From Octopus vulgaris (Eukaryota), in the NCBI GenBank assembly GCA_951406725.2, contig OX597816.1, positions 68,138,001 to 68,202,000 of the forward strand: a stretch of DNA of 64,000 nt. Reading direction: 5' to 3'. Below are positions 38,296-55,719 of this stretch, in pieces; positions within the stretch are counted from its first letter, which is position 1, and each line of letters begins with the position of its first letter. The notes under the pieces are model-generated. The model made no database searches and was not told the DNA's origin. It worked only from the letters and a program-made list of their open reading frames with translations. A program made the translations under genes and the position numbers.

Positions 38296-38534
38296 ATACC
38301 TATTTCTTTACTACCCACAAGGGGCTAAACACAGAGAGGACAAACAAGGACAGACAAACAGATTAAGTCGATTACATCGACCCCACTGCGTAACTGGTAC
38401 TTAATTTATCGACCCCGTAAGGGAGAAAGGCAAAGTCGACCTCGGCGGAATTTGAACTCAGAACGTAACGGCAGATGAAATACGACTACGCATTTCGCCC
38501 AGCGCGCTAACGATTCTGCCAGCTCACCGCCTTC
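38296..38534 (-). mobile_element. SINE family B, young copy
   Basis: Near-identical to 27508-27745. Confidence 0.9.
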
Positions 38535-38896
38535 TTCAACAGAATACCTTTAACTTAATATCTAAAAAAATATCTCAAAGAACTTCGTCGGAAGAATACC
38601 GGTATTTTCGTTTCTATTTATCCACATTCTTTGTTCGTCGATGCTTACAACCTGTACTGGCGTACACTATCTGGATTTATTATACTATCTTCTTGTGTTG
38701 ATTACTGGGTGAACATCCGTGACTTTTTGCATATATCACCACCTGTAAATTAGGATTATTATGTAACTCTTGGCTTCCTTAAGTAGCTGCCGAGTCAAGG
38801 CATTACGTAATTGCTTTATATGTATGTATATATATATATATATAAAATAATTATTTCTTTCTCTTTGTTTTTGTTCTATATTTATTGTGCTCTATG

Positions 38897-38943
<47 letters not shown>

Positions 38944-39858
38944 CTAGAAAAGCACTCGGAGAGCGTAGACCTCCGCCAAGCAGCTCATTTCCACCTATAT
39001 ACACGCATGCCCAAACTAACGCCGGCAAAAACATAAGCTCCTTGACAGGGTTAAAAAAAAATAACACAGCCATATGATTTAAAAAAAAAAACCTTTAAAA
39101 ATAGGAATCATCTGAAGCAGTTATAATACATCAATGACAATAGCAAGCTAGTTTCACCATACAACTAAAAAGAAACAACAATTACCTAAAACTTGAGTGA
39201 TACACACACAACATCATGGTCGGAAAAGTAACAGTCGGTTATGGTGACTTGTGGAAGCCGATCCTGGTTCACGTAAACATGATCTAGCAGGCTTCCATAG
39301 TCGGTGGTGGGTTTTTGGACTAGTTGGTCGAACCCAAACTAGTTCATAGTTGTCAAGATCTCATGGTTAGGGGAATCAAGGAGATCCACGTTGAAATCAC
39401 CAAGGACGATGGTCAGATGATTCCTTGGCAAAGGTAAAAGAGCTATCTGTCTACTTACGAAACTAAACCTAACTTCCTACTTTACATCCCTCTGTGGTCA
39501 GTATAGTATCAATCATCCCTCAGAAGTCCATAGATACGCGAGAAAAATTACTAATAGAGAAACGAAAATAAAACTTTGGAAACAGCGACGCCACCATAGG
39601 TTACGTGGAAACGATGAACGTGTTTTCAAGGGAGATAATCAAAGAACGTAATAATGTAATACTTCATGTAAAGTAAATATAACAAATGAAAGATCCTTCA
39701 AGAATCACTACCAAAATTTCATCATCTGTTCCTTGTGTCATTACCAACTTCTGCAAGTTTCATCAAATACCGTTCACAACTTCTTGAGTTATTTTACACA
39801 CAGACGGACAAACCAGCGCCGATGAAAACAGAACCACCTTCCTTGGCGGAGGTAATAA
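38944..39858 (-). mobile_element. Non-autonomous Helentron (HINE/DINE-1-like) retaining an AP-endonuclease fragment
   Basis: Minus 5' end TTATTACCTCCGCCAAGG; 3' end CTTGGCGGAGGT (subTIR), hairpin CGCTCTCCGAGTG, then TTTTCTAG. Internal 39186-39440 encodes TIVLGDFNVDLL..QLVQKPTTDYGSLLDHVYVN..YFSDHD. Confidence 0.85.
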
Positions 39859-40623
39859 AATGAAGCCAACATTACTATCTGTGTCTGTTTGTAACTATTT
39901 ATGTGTGTGCATTTGTATTTGTGTGTGGGTGTATTTGTATGTGTGTGTGCGCGTGTCTATATTTATATATGTATCTATATATATATATATATATATATAA
40001 ATGTAAATATATACACATATATACATGCACACACACACACACACTCGCTTCTATACATATATATGTACCATATATATCAACTGATTCCATTCAGTTTCCG
40101 TTTACGAATTTCCATATTCACATATTCATAAGGTATTAATTATATTGCGTTTATTGGAGAAGACACTTATTTTGCCGGGCTGGTTGTAGGATCGAATTTA
40201 CTCATCAAACGAATAACCTAAGCGCTCAGTCACGTCTATACTCTGTCCTTACGTCATAGCTGCAACCTACTTACGATGTGGTTGCATTATATTTACCTTC
40301 TATTTCCGATTTAACATGAAATTTTGATCTACAGTTTTATTTTCTTTATAACGGAACGCCTGTACCATTGAAAGAGGGGTGCTCGCAAGTAGGTTAATAT
40401 CAAAATGGTTAAATTACAGACAAAATCCACCCGTCAAGTTTTTGCGCTGTTTCCTCCTAGCCAATTTGATTGACAAGGCTTTGGTTAACACCAGGCTAAC
40501 TTAAAAGACACATTGCAGTGGGATCGAGGTCGAGCTCTAATCTCGGGATTGTTGATTGGATAATCTAGGCAGTCCTAAGAACACACTGAATAAAAAGATG
40601 ACATGGTCACAGTTGATACGGCT

Positions 40624-41086
40624 TTGGTCGAGGCTGAGCTGGGGATTGGTCAAGGCTGAGCTAGGGATTAATCAAGGCCGAGCTAGGGATTAGTCAATAC
40701 TGAGCTAGGGCTTGGTCAAGGTTGAGCTAGGGATTGTTCAATGCTGAGCTAAGGATTAATCAAGGCCGAGCTAAGGATTGGTCAATGCTGAGCTAGGGAT
40801 TGGTCAAGACTGAGTCAGGAATTGATCATGGATTGAGCTTGGGATTGGTCGAGACTGAGCTAAGGATTAGTCAAGGCTGAGCTAGAGATTGATTAAGGCT
40901 GAGCTAGGAATTGATCAAGGCTGAGCTCAGGATTAGTCAAGGGTGAGATAGGGATTGATCAATACTGAGCTAGGAATTAGTCAAAGCTGAGCTAGGGACT
41001 TGTCAAGGCTGAGCTAAAAACTGGTCATGGCTGAGCTAGGGATTGGTCGAAACTGAGGTACAGATTGGTCAAAGCTGAGCTAGAGA
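40624..41086. repeat. 22-bp minisatellite, about 21 units (TTGGTCAAGGCTGAGCTAGGGA)
   Basis: Head-to-tail degenerate units without spacers. Confidence 0.92.
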
Positions 41087-41279
41087 TACAACATGGAAGG
41101 AGCTGCTGCATGATCACTTGACATGCTAGAACTAACAAATATATTCCCTTTAAATCACATCTTACCATATTAAAAAAAAGTAAAGAAATGTTAACTAATT
41201 GTCGCAAGCATGGTTGTGTGATTAAGATGCTTGCTTTACAACCATGTGGTTTCGGGTTCAGTCCCATTGTGTATATAAA

Positions 41280-41505
41280 TATTTAAAAAAATGGAACAAA
41301 AACGCAATAGAGGACAATAAAACATCCGGACAGATAAACGATACAAAGGCAGACAGGAAAAACAACAAACAGAGAGAAAGAAAAAAAAGGACGGGAGATT
41401 CGTGGTCTTCATCCGTCAGTCAAGTTTCCAGAAGTCCTTACAGTTTCGGGCAGTTACACTTGAGACTGTTCAATCTGGTTGTCACCCAAAAAGTCTAAGC
41501 TAAGA

Positions 41506-41508
<3 letters not shown>
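41280..41508 (-). mobile_element. (TA)n-associated repeat, related to 47712-47915 (probable PLE pLTR)
   Basis: Shares CCAGATTG..CA.TCTCAAG, CCGAAA.TG, CTTGACTGA, CCCGTCC and GTCCGGATGTTTT with 47712-47915 in opposite orientation. Confidence 0.55.
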
Positions 41509-41595
<87 letters not shown>

Positions 41596-41608
41596 GTATG
41601 TATATATG

Positions 41609-41656
<48 letters not shown>

Positions 41657-42803
41657 TGCGTGTGTGTGTGTGTGTGAGTGTGTGCATGTGTTTGTGTTTG
41701 TCCCCTACACTGCTTGACAGTCGTTGTCGTCTTGCTTACGTCCCCGTAACTTAGAGGTTTCCCCACAAGACTACCTGAGAATAAGTACCTGACTTGAACA
41801 GAAAATAATTACTAGGGGCGATTTGTCCGATTAAAATCCCGTCAGGTGGTACTCCAGCAAGGGCACAATCCACCGACAGACACAAAGAAAGCGTAAAGGA
41901 TAAAGTAGTCCCCGGTGTCAAGGGTGATAAGCATGTGATCACAAAGTTGGTTGATCTTGCTTAATGTGGAATAAAGATTGACCAGCGTCGGTAGCAACAA
42001 CGGCGGCGGAAGGAGCAGCGACGACGATTACAACGACAACGAAGTCGCCACCGTCGCCGTATATGACTATGATGACGACAACGATGACGATGGCTCTTTC
42101 GTATTTGCGCATTGTGAAAGGGGTTCTTTGAAAAATGGCTTATTCTCATGGCTGTCTTACCTATTTTCGTTCTGTTGTTTCACATAGAAGAATACACAAA
42201 TACACTAAGTGACCGGGATATCGTACACACCCACCGATAAATACCAAATAAGTCTATCGGTCCATACATACATACATACATACATACAAACATACATACA
42301 TACATACATTCATACATACATACATTCATACATACATGCGCACGTACGTATATGCATACATTACATTGAGACATATACACATTCATACATATATATCTAA
42401 ACACACACATACATACACATACACATGCGTATATAAACGCACACACGCATATTCATAGACACAAAATGCACTCGTACATACATGCATAATACATAACGAA
42501 TATAAAACATAAAAGTGTAAAATAAACCTACATTAGTATACTTACATCCCTCTCTCCATCGCCTATTATATGTGTGAGTGTGTGTGTGTGTTTGTGTGTG
42601 TGTCAATTAGGACGATAGTCTTCGCACACCCCACAAATTAATATTATTACACAAATTACATAATTAACTTCAACTCATTAACTCCTTATCTTATTTCGAC
42701 AGACATCGAACAGATATTTCGGTAAATTACACTTAAAATACACTTACCGTTAAATATTAGACTGCGTTGAACCTTATAGTTTATACCGAGTGCATAACTT
42801 CAA

Positions 42804-42850
<47 letters not shown>

Positions 42851-42855
<5 letters not shown>

Positions 42856-43079
42856 AAAAACTGTTACTCAGAGTTTCACGTTCTTGTTCGTCGGACAGTT
42901 TTGTTTATTCGTTAGCCACTACACACATTTTTCTCTCTCCTTGTTTTTTTCTGTGTCCATTTCTGTAGAAGAGTGTAGGCTCGAAACATAAAAGACTTTC
43001 TGTTCCTGAGCGTTATACTAATACATCTGTTTGTTTTGTACATCACCTGTCTTCGTCTTTTGTTTTTTTCGTAAACTCT

Positions 43080-43083
<4 letters not shown>
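42851..43083 (+). mobile_element. (TA)n-flanked PLE pLTR-like fragment with degenerate hammerhead core
   Basis: CTGTAGA-A-GAGT-GTAG-GCTC-GAAAC at 42963-42987. Confidence 0.5.
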
Positions 43084-43148
<65 letters not shown>

Positions 43149-43674
43149 GGATAAAATGCTTCGCGGTATTTTTTCCGGCTTTATGTTCTGAATTAAAATT
43201 CCGCCGCGGTCGACTTTGCCTTTCGTTCTTTCGCGGAAGATAAAATAAATACCATTTTTACTACTACTGTTAATATAATCAACAAGTACCATCCCTCGCA
43301 ATTTCAGACATTGTAGCTGTAGCACGGTGCTCCATGAGCATGTGTTTAAAAAAAATTTAGTTACATTTCAAAAACGATAGACAAAAGATGTAGAGGAAAA
43401 TTACAACCGCAAAACAACTCCATAAAACAGTACGATGAAATTATCTTTCACGTTAATTCAAATAACATTGAATAACAATTAAAATAAATAGGAAAACAAA
43501 AACAAGCAAAAAGCGAACGAATTTATCTGGCAACCATACGCAAATTAAACTTACTTATCTAGAGCAGTTTGTTAAATAGTCAATTTCCTTGGTTGTCAGA
43601 TCTTTTCCATGGGTTTTAATTAGTGAGGATAGGCTTTTCATTATCCTAACAGAAAGAAAAACAGAGAAGGGAAA

Positions 43675-47663
<3,989 letters not shown>

Positions 47664-47914
47664 TATGTCTATAAAATAAATATATGTGTGTATGGATATA
47701 TATATATCTACCTATCTCTCTCTGGAACTGGCCAGATTGGAGCAATCTCAAGATTTATCAGCCGAAATTGCGAGGTTGATCAGGTTCTTGACTGAGGATA
47801 GAAAGCTTCGAATGACCCGTCCGTGTTTTTTTTTGTATCGTCTATCTGTATGTTTTATTGTCCCTTTTTGTATCACCTAGTTGTCCGGATGTTTTGCGTT
47901 CTTGTCCCATTTTG

Positions 47915-47952
<38 letters not shown>

Positions 47953-48312
47953 CGGCGTACGTACATTTTGTTCTCTTATATATGGCGTCTATATGTACAT
48001 ATACTTGTGTGTGTGTATGTGTGTATATGTATATATATGTATATATGTATTTATGTATGCTTATATGTATATGTACATATCTATGCATCTATATTTACAT
48101 ACGCGCGTGTGTGTGTATACACAAACATACATTATGTGGGTGATATTTCCAACCGAGATGTTGTATCTTATTCTTCAAGTTCTTCAATTCTGTGTATGCA
48201 CCTATATTTACTAGATTGCTGACAATTATGATTAGTTTTCTCCATTGTGCTGACGTGCCATTTTTTATCATTAATAAAACTGTCGGCATTTTCATCGACA
48301 TGGATATGCTAG

Positions 48313-48344
<32 letters not shown>

Positions 48345-48398
48345 TGTATGTATGTATGTATGTATGTATGTATGTATGTATGTATGTATGTATGTATG

Positions 48399-48439
<41 letters not shown>

Positions 48440-48771
48440 ATGTGTGTGTGTGTGTGTGTGTGTGCGTGTGTGTATTAAATTCAAATTATGATGAACGTAA
48501 ACAGACAAACGAAGTTTGCTTTTAGAAGCATTGAGATGTCTTACAAAGTTAAAGAAGTGATTTTAAATTCTCAAACGCAGTATAATGCTTATATTATAGT
48601 CTGAACAGGATATGCCACCCCTTTAGACGATATTCCAATATGATATTCAACAGGATTCTTAACAAGTCTAAAACTCAAACATTCTGGTACTTTCTCTGAT
48701 ATTCTGATTGTCTCTTCACAATTTCTTTCCTCTCTCCTTTCACTCTCTCCCTCTCTCACCCTCTCTCGCTC

Positions 48772-49139
48772 TGTGGCAAGTAGCTTGCTTACCAATGACA
48801 TGGTTCCGTGATCAGTTCCACTGCGTGGCACCTTGGGAAAGTATCTTCTACTATAGCCTCGGGCTGACCAAAAGCCTTGCGAGTGGTTTTGGTAGACGGA
48901 AACGGAAAGAAGCCCGTCGTATATATATGTGTATATGTGTGTGTGTGTTTTGTATATGCTTGTGTGTCTGTGTTTCTCCCCCGCTATCACTTGACAACCA
49001 ATGTTGGTGTGTTTACATCCCCATCGGCAAAAGCGACCAAAAGAATAAGTACTACGCTTACATAGAATAAGTCCTGGGGGCGATTTGTTCAACAAAAGGT
49101 GGTGCTCCAGCATGGCCGCAGTCAAATGGCTGAAACAAA
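48772..49139 (+). mobile_element. SINE family A, tail split by a Helitron (resumes at 51133)
   Basis: ...GCTGAAACAAA| then |TAAAAGAATAAAAGAGTA after 51132. Confidence 0.88.
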
Positions 49140-49607
49140 TCTCTTATTATAAAAGGCAGATTTTATCTGCCTCCCTTTGTATCTTATAGAAATCTACAAT
49201 ATAGGATTTCTTCAATTACAATTTACCTAGCATTTTAAAGAGTAGAATGCATCGGGTCGTACCAGGTCCAGTTTTTAAAATTTCAACCCCAATTAAGCAA
49301 AATTTACAGAAAACTCACATTGTGGTGTATAAGTCAAATGCTTCTCTTAGTGTGGCCTACACCACACGCACACGCACACACACAGTGTGCAACGAATAAA
49401 GTGAAAGTAATTCACTTTTTGTAGTGAGTGACTCTTTCACTCTGCCACTTCCTCTTTACACACATAGACACGCAAATATATAAATAAAATTGTAAGCTAA
49501 CGTGTGTGTGTGTGTGTGTGTGTGAGTGTGTGTGTGTGTGTGTGCGTGTGTGTGTGTGTGAGGGTGCGTGTGTGTGTGTGTGTGCGTGTGCGTGAGTGTG
49601 TGACAGG

Positions 49608-50285
49608 AAAGTTTTTTAGGACGAATATAAGACCTATATCCAAGTAGCAGAAAGATCGCCCAAAAGTGTATATAGATATTTAAATGTATTTATATATTCA
49701 TCTATACACAGATGTATGTATAATGTGTGTGTATATATTTCCATAGAGGTAACCTTTCACTCCATACAAAGTTTTTTAGGACGAATATAAGATCTAAAGT
49801 ATATACAAGTAGCAGAAAGATCGCCCAAAAGTATATATATAGATATTTAAATGTATTTATATATTCATCTATACACAGATGTATGTATAATGTGTGTGTA
49901 TATATTTCCATACACGTAACCATTCACTCCGCACAAAGTTTTTTAGGACGAATATAAGATCTAAAGTTATCTCTAAGTAGCACAAAGATCGCCCAAAAGT
50001 GTATATAGATATATAAATGTATTTATATATTCATCTATGCACACATGTATGTATAATGTGTGTGTATATATTTCCATAGAGGTAACCATTCACTCCATAC
50101 AAAGTTTTTTAGGACGAAAATAAGATCTAAAGTTATCTCTAGGAAACAGAAAGATCGCCCAAAAGTGTATATAGATATTTAAATGTATTTATATATTCAT
50201 CTATACACACATGTATGTATAATGTGCGTGTATATATTTCCATAGAGGTAACCATTCAATCCATACAAAGTTTTTTAGGACGAAA
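49608..50285. repeat. ~166-bp tandem repeat x4 inside the Helitron
   Basis: AAAGTTTTTTAGGACGAA at about 49608, 49768, 49935, 50101 and 50267. Confidence 0.92.
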
Positions 50286-50535
50286 ATATTTATACATAAA
50301 AGAAAGGTTGTGTGTCTGTCTACTCCGATTTAGATTCCTAACTACTCCCACATTTTGCGATGCAGTTTAACCAAAACCGGGTATCTTATAGTCGTGATTC
50401 ATATCGAGCCCTTCTGGGTATTAGCGCGCGTCTACGATGAGTCTATGATTTTACAAATAATTTACCATCATTTTTTTCCATTTTAATGCATATTTTTTTA
50501 AATAAAGGGAAGTAACTCTCAAACTTCACACCAAT

Positions 50536-51030
50536 ATGCGTGCTCATATGCGACGTAATATCACATCAGCAGCATTTCCTCACACCCTCCTTGCACTTGG
50601 CGAAGGCAAAATACCAGGGGATGAAAATGGTAATATTGCCATTGATTCCATTGTACCATTGTTAAGACGCCTTCTGATCTCAGAGATGCAGTGTTCCCAG
50701 ATCTACAAGCTAATTATCAGAATATGGATTGGATTGGCAAAAAGGCTATACTGGCCCCGAGGAATAAAACTGTTCACCATATTAATGATGAAATGCTAAA
50801 ACTCATTCCTGGGGAAGTCTATGTATATCAGTCTATCGATACAACTCCTGACCCAGAGGACGTCATCAACTATCCAATAGAGGTACTCAATTCCTTTGAG
50901 CACTCCGAACTACCACCACACTTTCTCAAACTTAAAGTTGGTGCCCCTATAATGCTCATCAGAAATTTGGTTCCCCCAAAACAATGCAATGGCACACGTT
51001 TGATCGTTAAGTCCTTATCTCCCACCGTAA
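50536..51030 (+). pseudogene. Helitron RepHel Pif1-like helicase fragment, frameshifted
   Basis: NMR..LLALGEG, AILAPRNKTVHHIN, YPIEVLNS..LPPHFLKLKVGAPIMLIRNL..CNGTRLIV. Confidence 0.92.
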
Positions 51031-51160
51031 GCTTATATCAATAGTTGCCTGAATAATCATCATAATTCAGTGCAATCATTAACAGTACTTTCAAGCAATT
51101 CAGCCCCGAGCAACGCTGGGCAATTCTGCTAGTAAAAGAATAAAAGAGTAAATGAAAGAA

Positions 51161-51371
51161 TCTCTATATATATCAACGGCAAAATGTCTGCGTGCGTGTC
51201 CTTTATACAAATCCACAATTTTTCAGTTAGAGGGCTCGCACTTTCTATGGTCATTGAAAACCGTCCAAGGAAGGTCGTGCACATCTTTACATTTCCCCAG
51301 TCACCCTGCAAAGCCATTAAAAAATCAATAGAAGTGACTTTTTTGTGAATTTTGCCGGGTCATAGTGCTAG
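51161..51371 (+). mobile_element. Short non-autonomous Helitron
   Basis: A|TCTCTATATATAT...GCCGGGTCATAGTGCTAG|T. Confidence 0.75.
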
Positions 51372-51434
<63 letters not shown>

Positions 51435-52179
51435 GTATATACGAATATACATATATTTAATATCTATATATGTATATATGTATATGTATAATTATATTTA
51501 TACAGGTATATCTGTTTGACTGTGAATGTTTGAGAGAGAGAGAGAGAGAGAGAGAAGGAGTGTGTGTGTGTGTGTGTGTGTGTGCGTGTGTGTGTGTGTG
51601 CATATGAGTGCATGTGTGTATAATTGTATCTATTACTCACATGCATATATACAGATACATATACACGCTTATATGTAATTGCGTTACATATTTTGTGAGC
51701 GTGATGCAGCCAATGTTGTCTCACTCATGCTCTCACACACACATAGTCACACACACACACACGCACACGTACTATCGCACACACACACACACGTAAACGC
51801 ACACGCATACACACACATGCACGCACGTACACACATGCACGCACGCACACATGCGCACACTCACTCACACCCTGAGACAGACGCACGGGTGCAGAAGCAA
51901 AGCGACCCGTCTCATACATTCGTATACCCATATGCACACACTAACGCCATCGAAATGTGTACGGTTCCATATTTTGCAAGTTATGTATTTATAACAATTC
52001 TGCACTTCTCGAATAATCCAGCATCTCAGCTAAGTAAATATGTAACACACACACACACACACACACACATACACACAGACACATACACTCAGACATAGAC
52101 ACACACACAGTGACACAGCCAGACACACACACATGCATGCCAACACATATATGAATATATATATATATATATGTATATA

Positions 52180-52217
<38 letters not shown>

Positions 52218-52389
52218 TATATGTATAGACAGTCATATGGATATGTATATATGTTTATATATATTAATCTTACATACATAGAAGTATAATATATAGGTAT
52301 ATATATATACCTATATATATATACATTTATAACGCATACACACACAAATGGATATATATATATATAAACGCAATATGCATATATACATA

Positions 52390-52428
<39 letters not shown>

Positions 52429-52621
52429 ATATAAATAATATATATATATATATACACATACATACACATCCTACACACACAGACTCTCTCTCTCTCTCTC
52501 TCACACGCACACATAGACACACGCAAACGGATATATATACATATATATATAAATGCAATGTGAATATACATATATATATATATACACACACATATACATA
52601 CACACCCTGCGCACACACAGA

Positions 52622-52659
<38 letters not shown>

Positions 52660-53339
52660 TTGAAATACAAAACCAACAGCAACAATAAAGCGCCATCTAC
52701 AAACCAACGAACGAAGCTAATTCCATAAAATCGTCGGCCAGATGCAGTGTTAGCGTGAAGAACTTATCAGCCCATTTATTCAGGTTCTCAGTGCAGAATA
52801 ACATCAGACAAAAATACCAGTGTTTCGCTGTTATTATTATTAATTTTTTTTTTGTTTTAATCACTGGCAAGTTAAATATTCTTTATATTTTATGTCGAAG
52901 AAATTTTGATATTTTAGAGATGTTCTTGAGATATTTTCAAGGGTAGTTACAATTTTGAAGATATTTCGTTTAAGTGAAAACAAAGCGAAAATTTTGTATA
53001 ATTCCTTTATGAATAATTAAAAACATTTTGTGTATGTTACATGTGTGTGTGTGTGTGTGTCTGTCTGTCTGTGTGCTTATGTATAGCATATACATATAAC
53101 ATGCATATATGTTGACTTAAGACGAGCAGCCTTCAGCATTTTGTATTCAAAGGCGTTTTTGTAAGCCAGTATTTATGACGTATTAATTATAGCTCTATCG
53201 GCTTCAAGTTCCACCAGTCCAAAAAGATTTTGAAGACGGGAACTGAAAGAACTCGTTGTGTGTGTATGCACACAGACAGACAGACAGACAGACACACACA
53301 CACACACACACACACATACAAATATATGTATATGTGTGT

Positions 53340-53382
<43 letters not shown>

Positions 53383-53599
53383 GTTTCTCATTTGAATACG
53401 GTGTGTATTTACAGTGAAAAATACTGCTTGTGGTTAGACGACGATCTAACGTCTATTTTTCAGTATATTGGCATAGAAAATATTTTTCTTTTGCCCTTAT
53501 TTATAATTGTTTATAATTTTCACCTTAAAAGGTATTTTTAATATGCTGGCCACTGATAAAAAATTTGTTTGAAAAAATTTTATCCTTATAATAGAAGTT

Positions 53600-53669
<70 letters not shown>

Positions 53670-54403
53670 TCTATATATATATATATATATATAAACTTCT
53701 ATATATATATATGAAACAATATTAATGAAAATTGAATTATAAAAATAGAAAAAAACTATTTATATGCTAAATGCCATATGGCTTTGATGAGTTCTCTTTG
53801 TTTCATACGCCATGGAACTGAAAACACCACGGTATTTTCAGTTTCATGGTAAATAATGTTACTTCGCTTTATTTCACAACTCTTTGTTACAGTTCGCTAC
53901 CCTTCGCTACCCTTCGCTTCCCTTCGCTGCTCTTCGCTTCCCTTCGTTACCCTTCGCCTGATTCATATTTCTCGACTCTTCATTTCATTAAAGATCTTGT
54001 CAGAAACACCAACACCGTAAACAACCATTTTGCCCTCTGCTCTGCTGTGTTAATGAAGAAGAGAGAACATTATCTTATCTAAAATGAGGCTTGAGAGCTT
54101 CACATTTCTGACTGCAAACTGTTAGGACCTATTAAGTTCTGCATTGTCGCGTGGACCATAAAAACTATTGGCCATTTAGAAACCGGAGATTTAAACTTGA
54201 TAATATTAAATATGAATTCAGTCTTACGCATATTTCAATGAAAGCATTATTATTATTATTTTTCCTTTAACACAGGTTTTGTTGGAGCTCCTGAAGTCTT
54301 ACATGCGTGGCGGGCTTGCTACTTGCAGCTTACGGTACCATGCTATCCATTCTTTTCATCCATCTAATACTTCCCTGTATTGTTGTTGTTGTTGTTGCTG
54401 TTA

Positions 54404-54472
<69 letters not shown>

Positions 54473-54754
54473 CTTTCTTCGTATAATCGCTTGCCGAGTC
54501 ATTACCTATGACTCAGGGACAAGGGAACGTAAGTGGTTAAACATTTTCAACTACCTGAATAAGATGTCTTTTCCATTATACACTCAGCACAATGATACAT
54601 CACACACACGGAAAAGAGTCATTGTATAAACTAAGCATAGTGTATACTGAAGACAAAATGTAAATGTATAAGTGGTATGAATCGAAAACATAAAAGTAAG
54701 GATATGCAATTATAACCATAGAATAGTATTAACAAAATATTGATTTGTAGTTCT

Positions 54755-55140
54755 CGGGAGAACTTGCAATCGGAACGAGACCCAGAGGAGGCCCGAAGTT
54801 CCGTTTTAAAGACCAGCTCAAACAGACCCTGGCTCAAACCAACATCCAGTAATCCTCATGAGAACAGATTGCCATAGATAGGACAGCCTGGAAGACCGCT
54901 ATTCGCGATTGAGGCAGCTCCTTCGAGCAGAATAGACAACAGAATGAGAAGGTAAAACGCAGGAGAAGAAAGGAGCGTCTTCAACATCCTCGACCCGCAC
55001 CGACCATCCTGTGCGAATTCTGCCCACGACTCTTTCACCACCAACCTGGACTCCAAAGTCAAATTCGGAACAAACATCTGACGAGGAGGCTGGATGGAGA
55101 CTGACGAACCCAATGCTTGGATACGAGCTGGAGCCGACAA
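54755..55140 (+). mobile_element. RTE LINE 3' fragment (second family)
   Basis: GELAIGTRPRGGPKFRFKDQLK...DRTAWK...CEFCPRLF...GLQSQIRNKH, with stops. Confidence 0.85.
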
Positions 55141-55232
55141 TATATATATATACATATATATATATAAATTAAATTAGAGATAAAACCACTATTAGGTAAC
55201 TGTAAGTATGGATATACTCCCTAATATTATTA

Positions 55233-55274
<42 letters not shown>

Positions 55275-55719
55275 CATACATATATGGTTCAGCTGTACAC
55301 AAAGTAAGACAGGTGCGGGAAGAACGGAACAACAAGCAGGTCTATTAGTTTGATACTCGAGAAGAATGGGAAAATCTTTGACGTTTTGACCCAAGAACAC
55401 ATGCATACACATAAGACGTTTTCTGATGGTCAGTTGTCTCAGGGGAGACAATCTGTTGAAGATCAAGTTAAGACGGGGTTAATGTTTAAATTTTATATCA
55501 AAGAGTAAAGAAAATGCATCGAATATGCACATTTAATTTTTTTTTTCATACACATAGAAATTTTAAAATCCCTTGTCATTAGTATTCTTAATCGTGTTCT
55601 TATTTAACTTCAGCTTAATCTCGATCTAACAGACCAGGTTTAGATTTTGTGGCTATTTCCAACAGGTCGAGACATCGCATGTAGGCTCCTTCATTGGTTT
55701 ATGTATGTATGTGCTAGTA

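Larger units (their letters stand above)
49140..51132 (+). mobile_element. Composite defective Helitron
   Basis: A|TC 5' end, CCCCGAGCAACGCTGGG hairpin plus CTAG|T, no TSD, internal Pif1 helicase fragment. Confidence 0.9.

Noticed and set aside
54856-55155. 99-aa minus-strand ORF
   Set aside because: Antisense shadow of an RTE 3' fragment.
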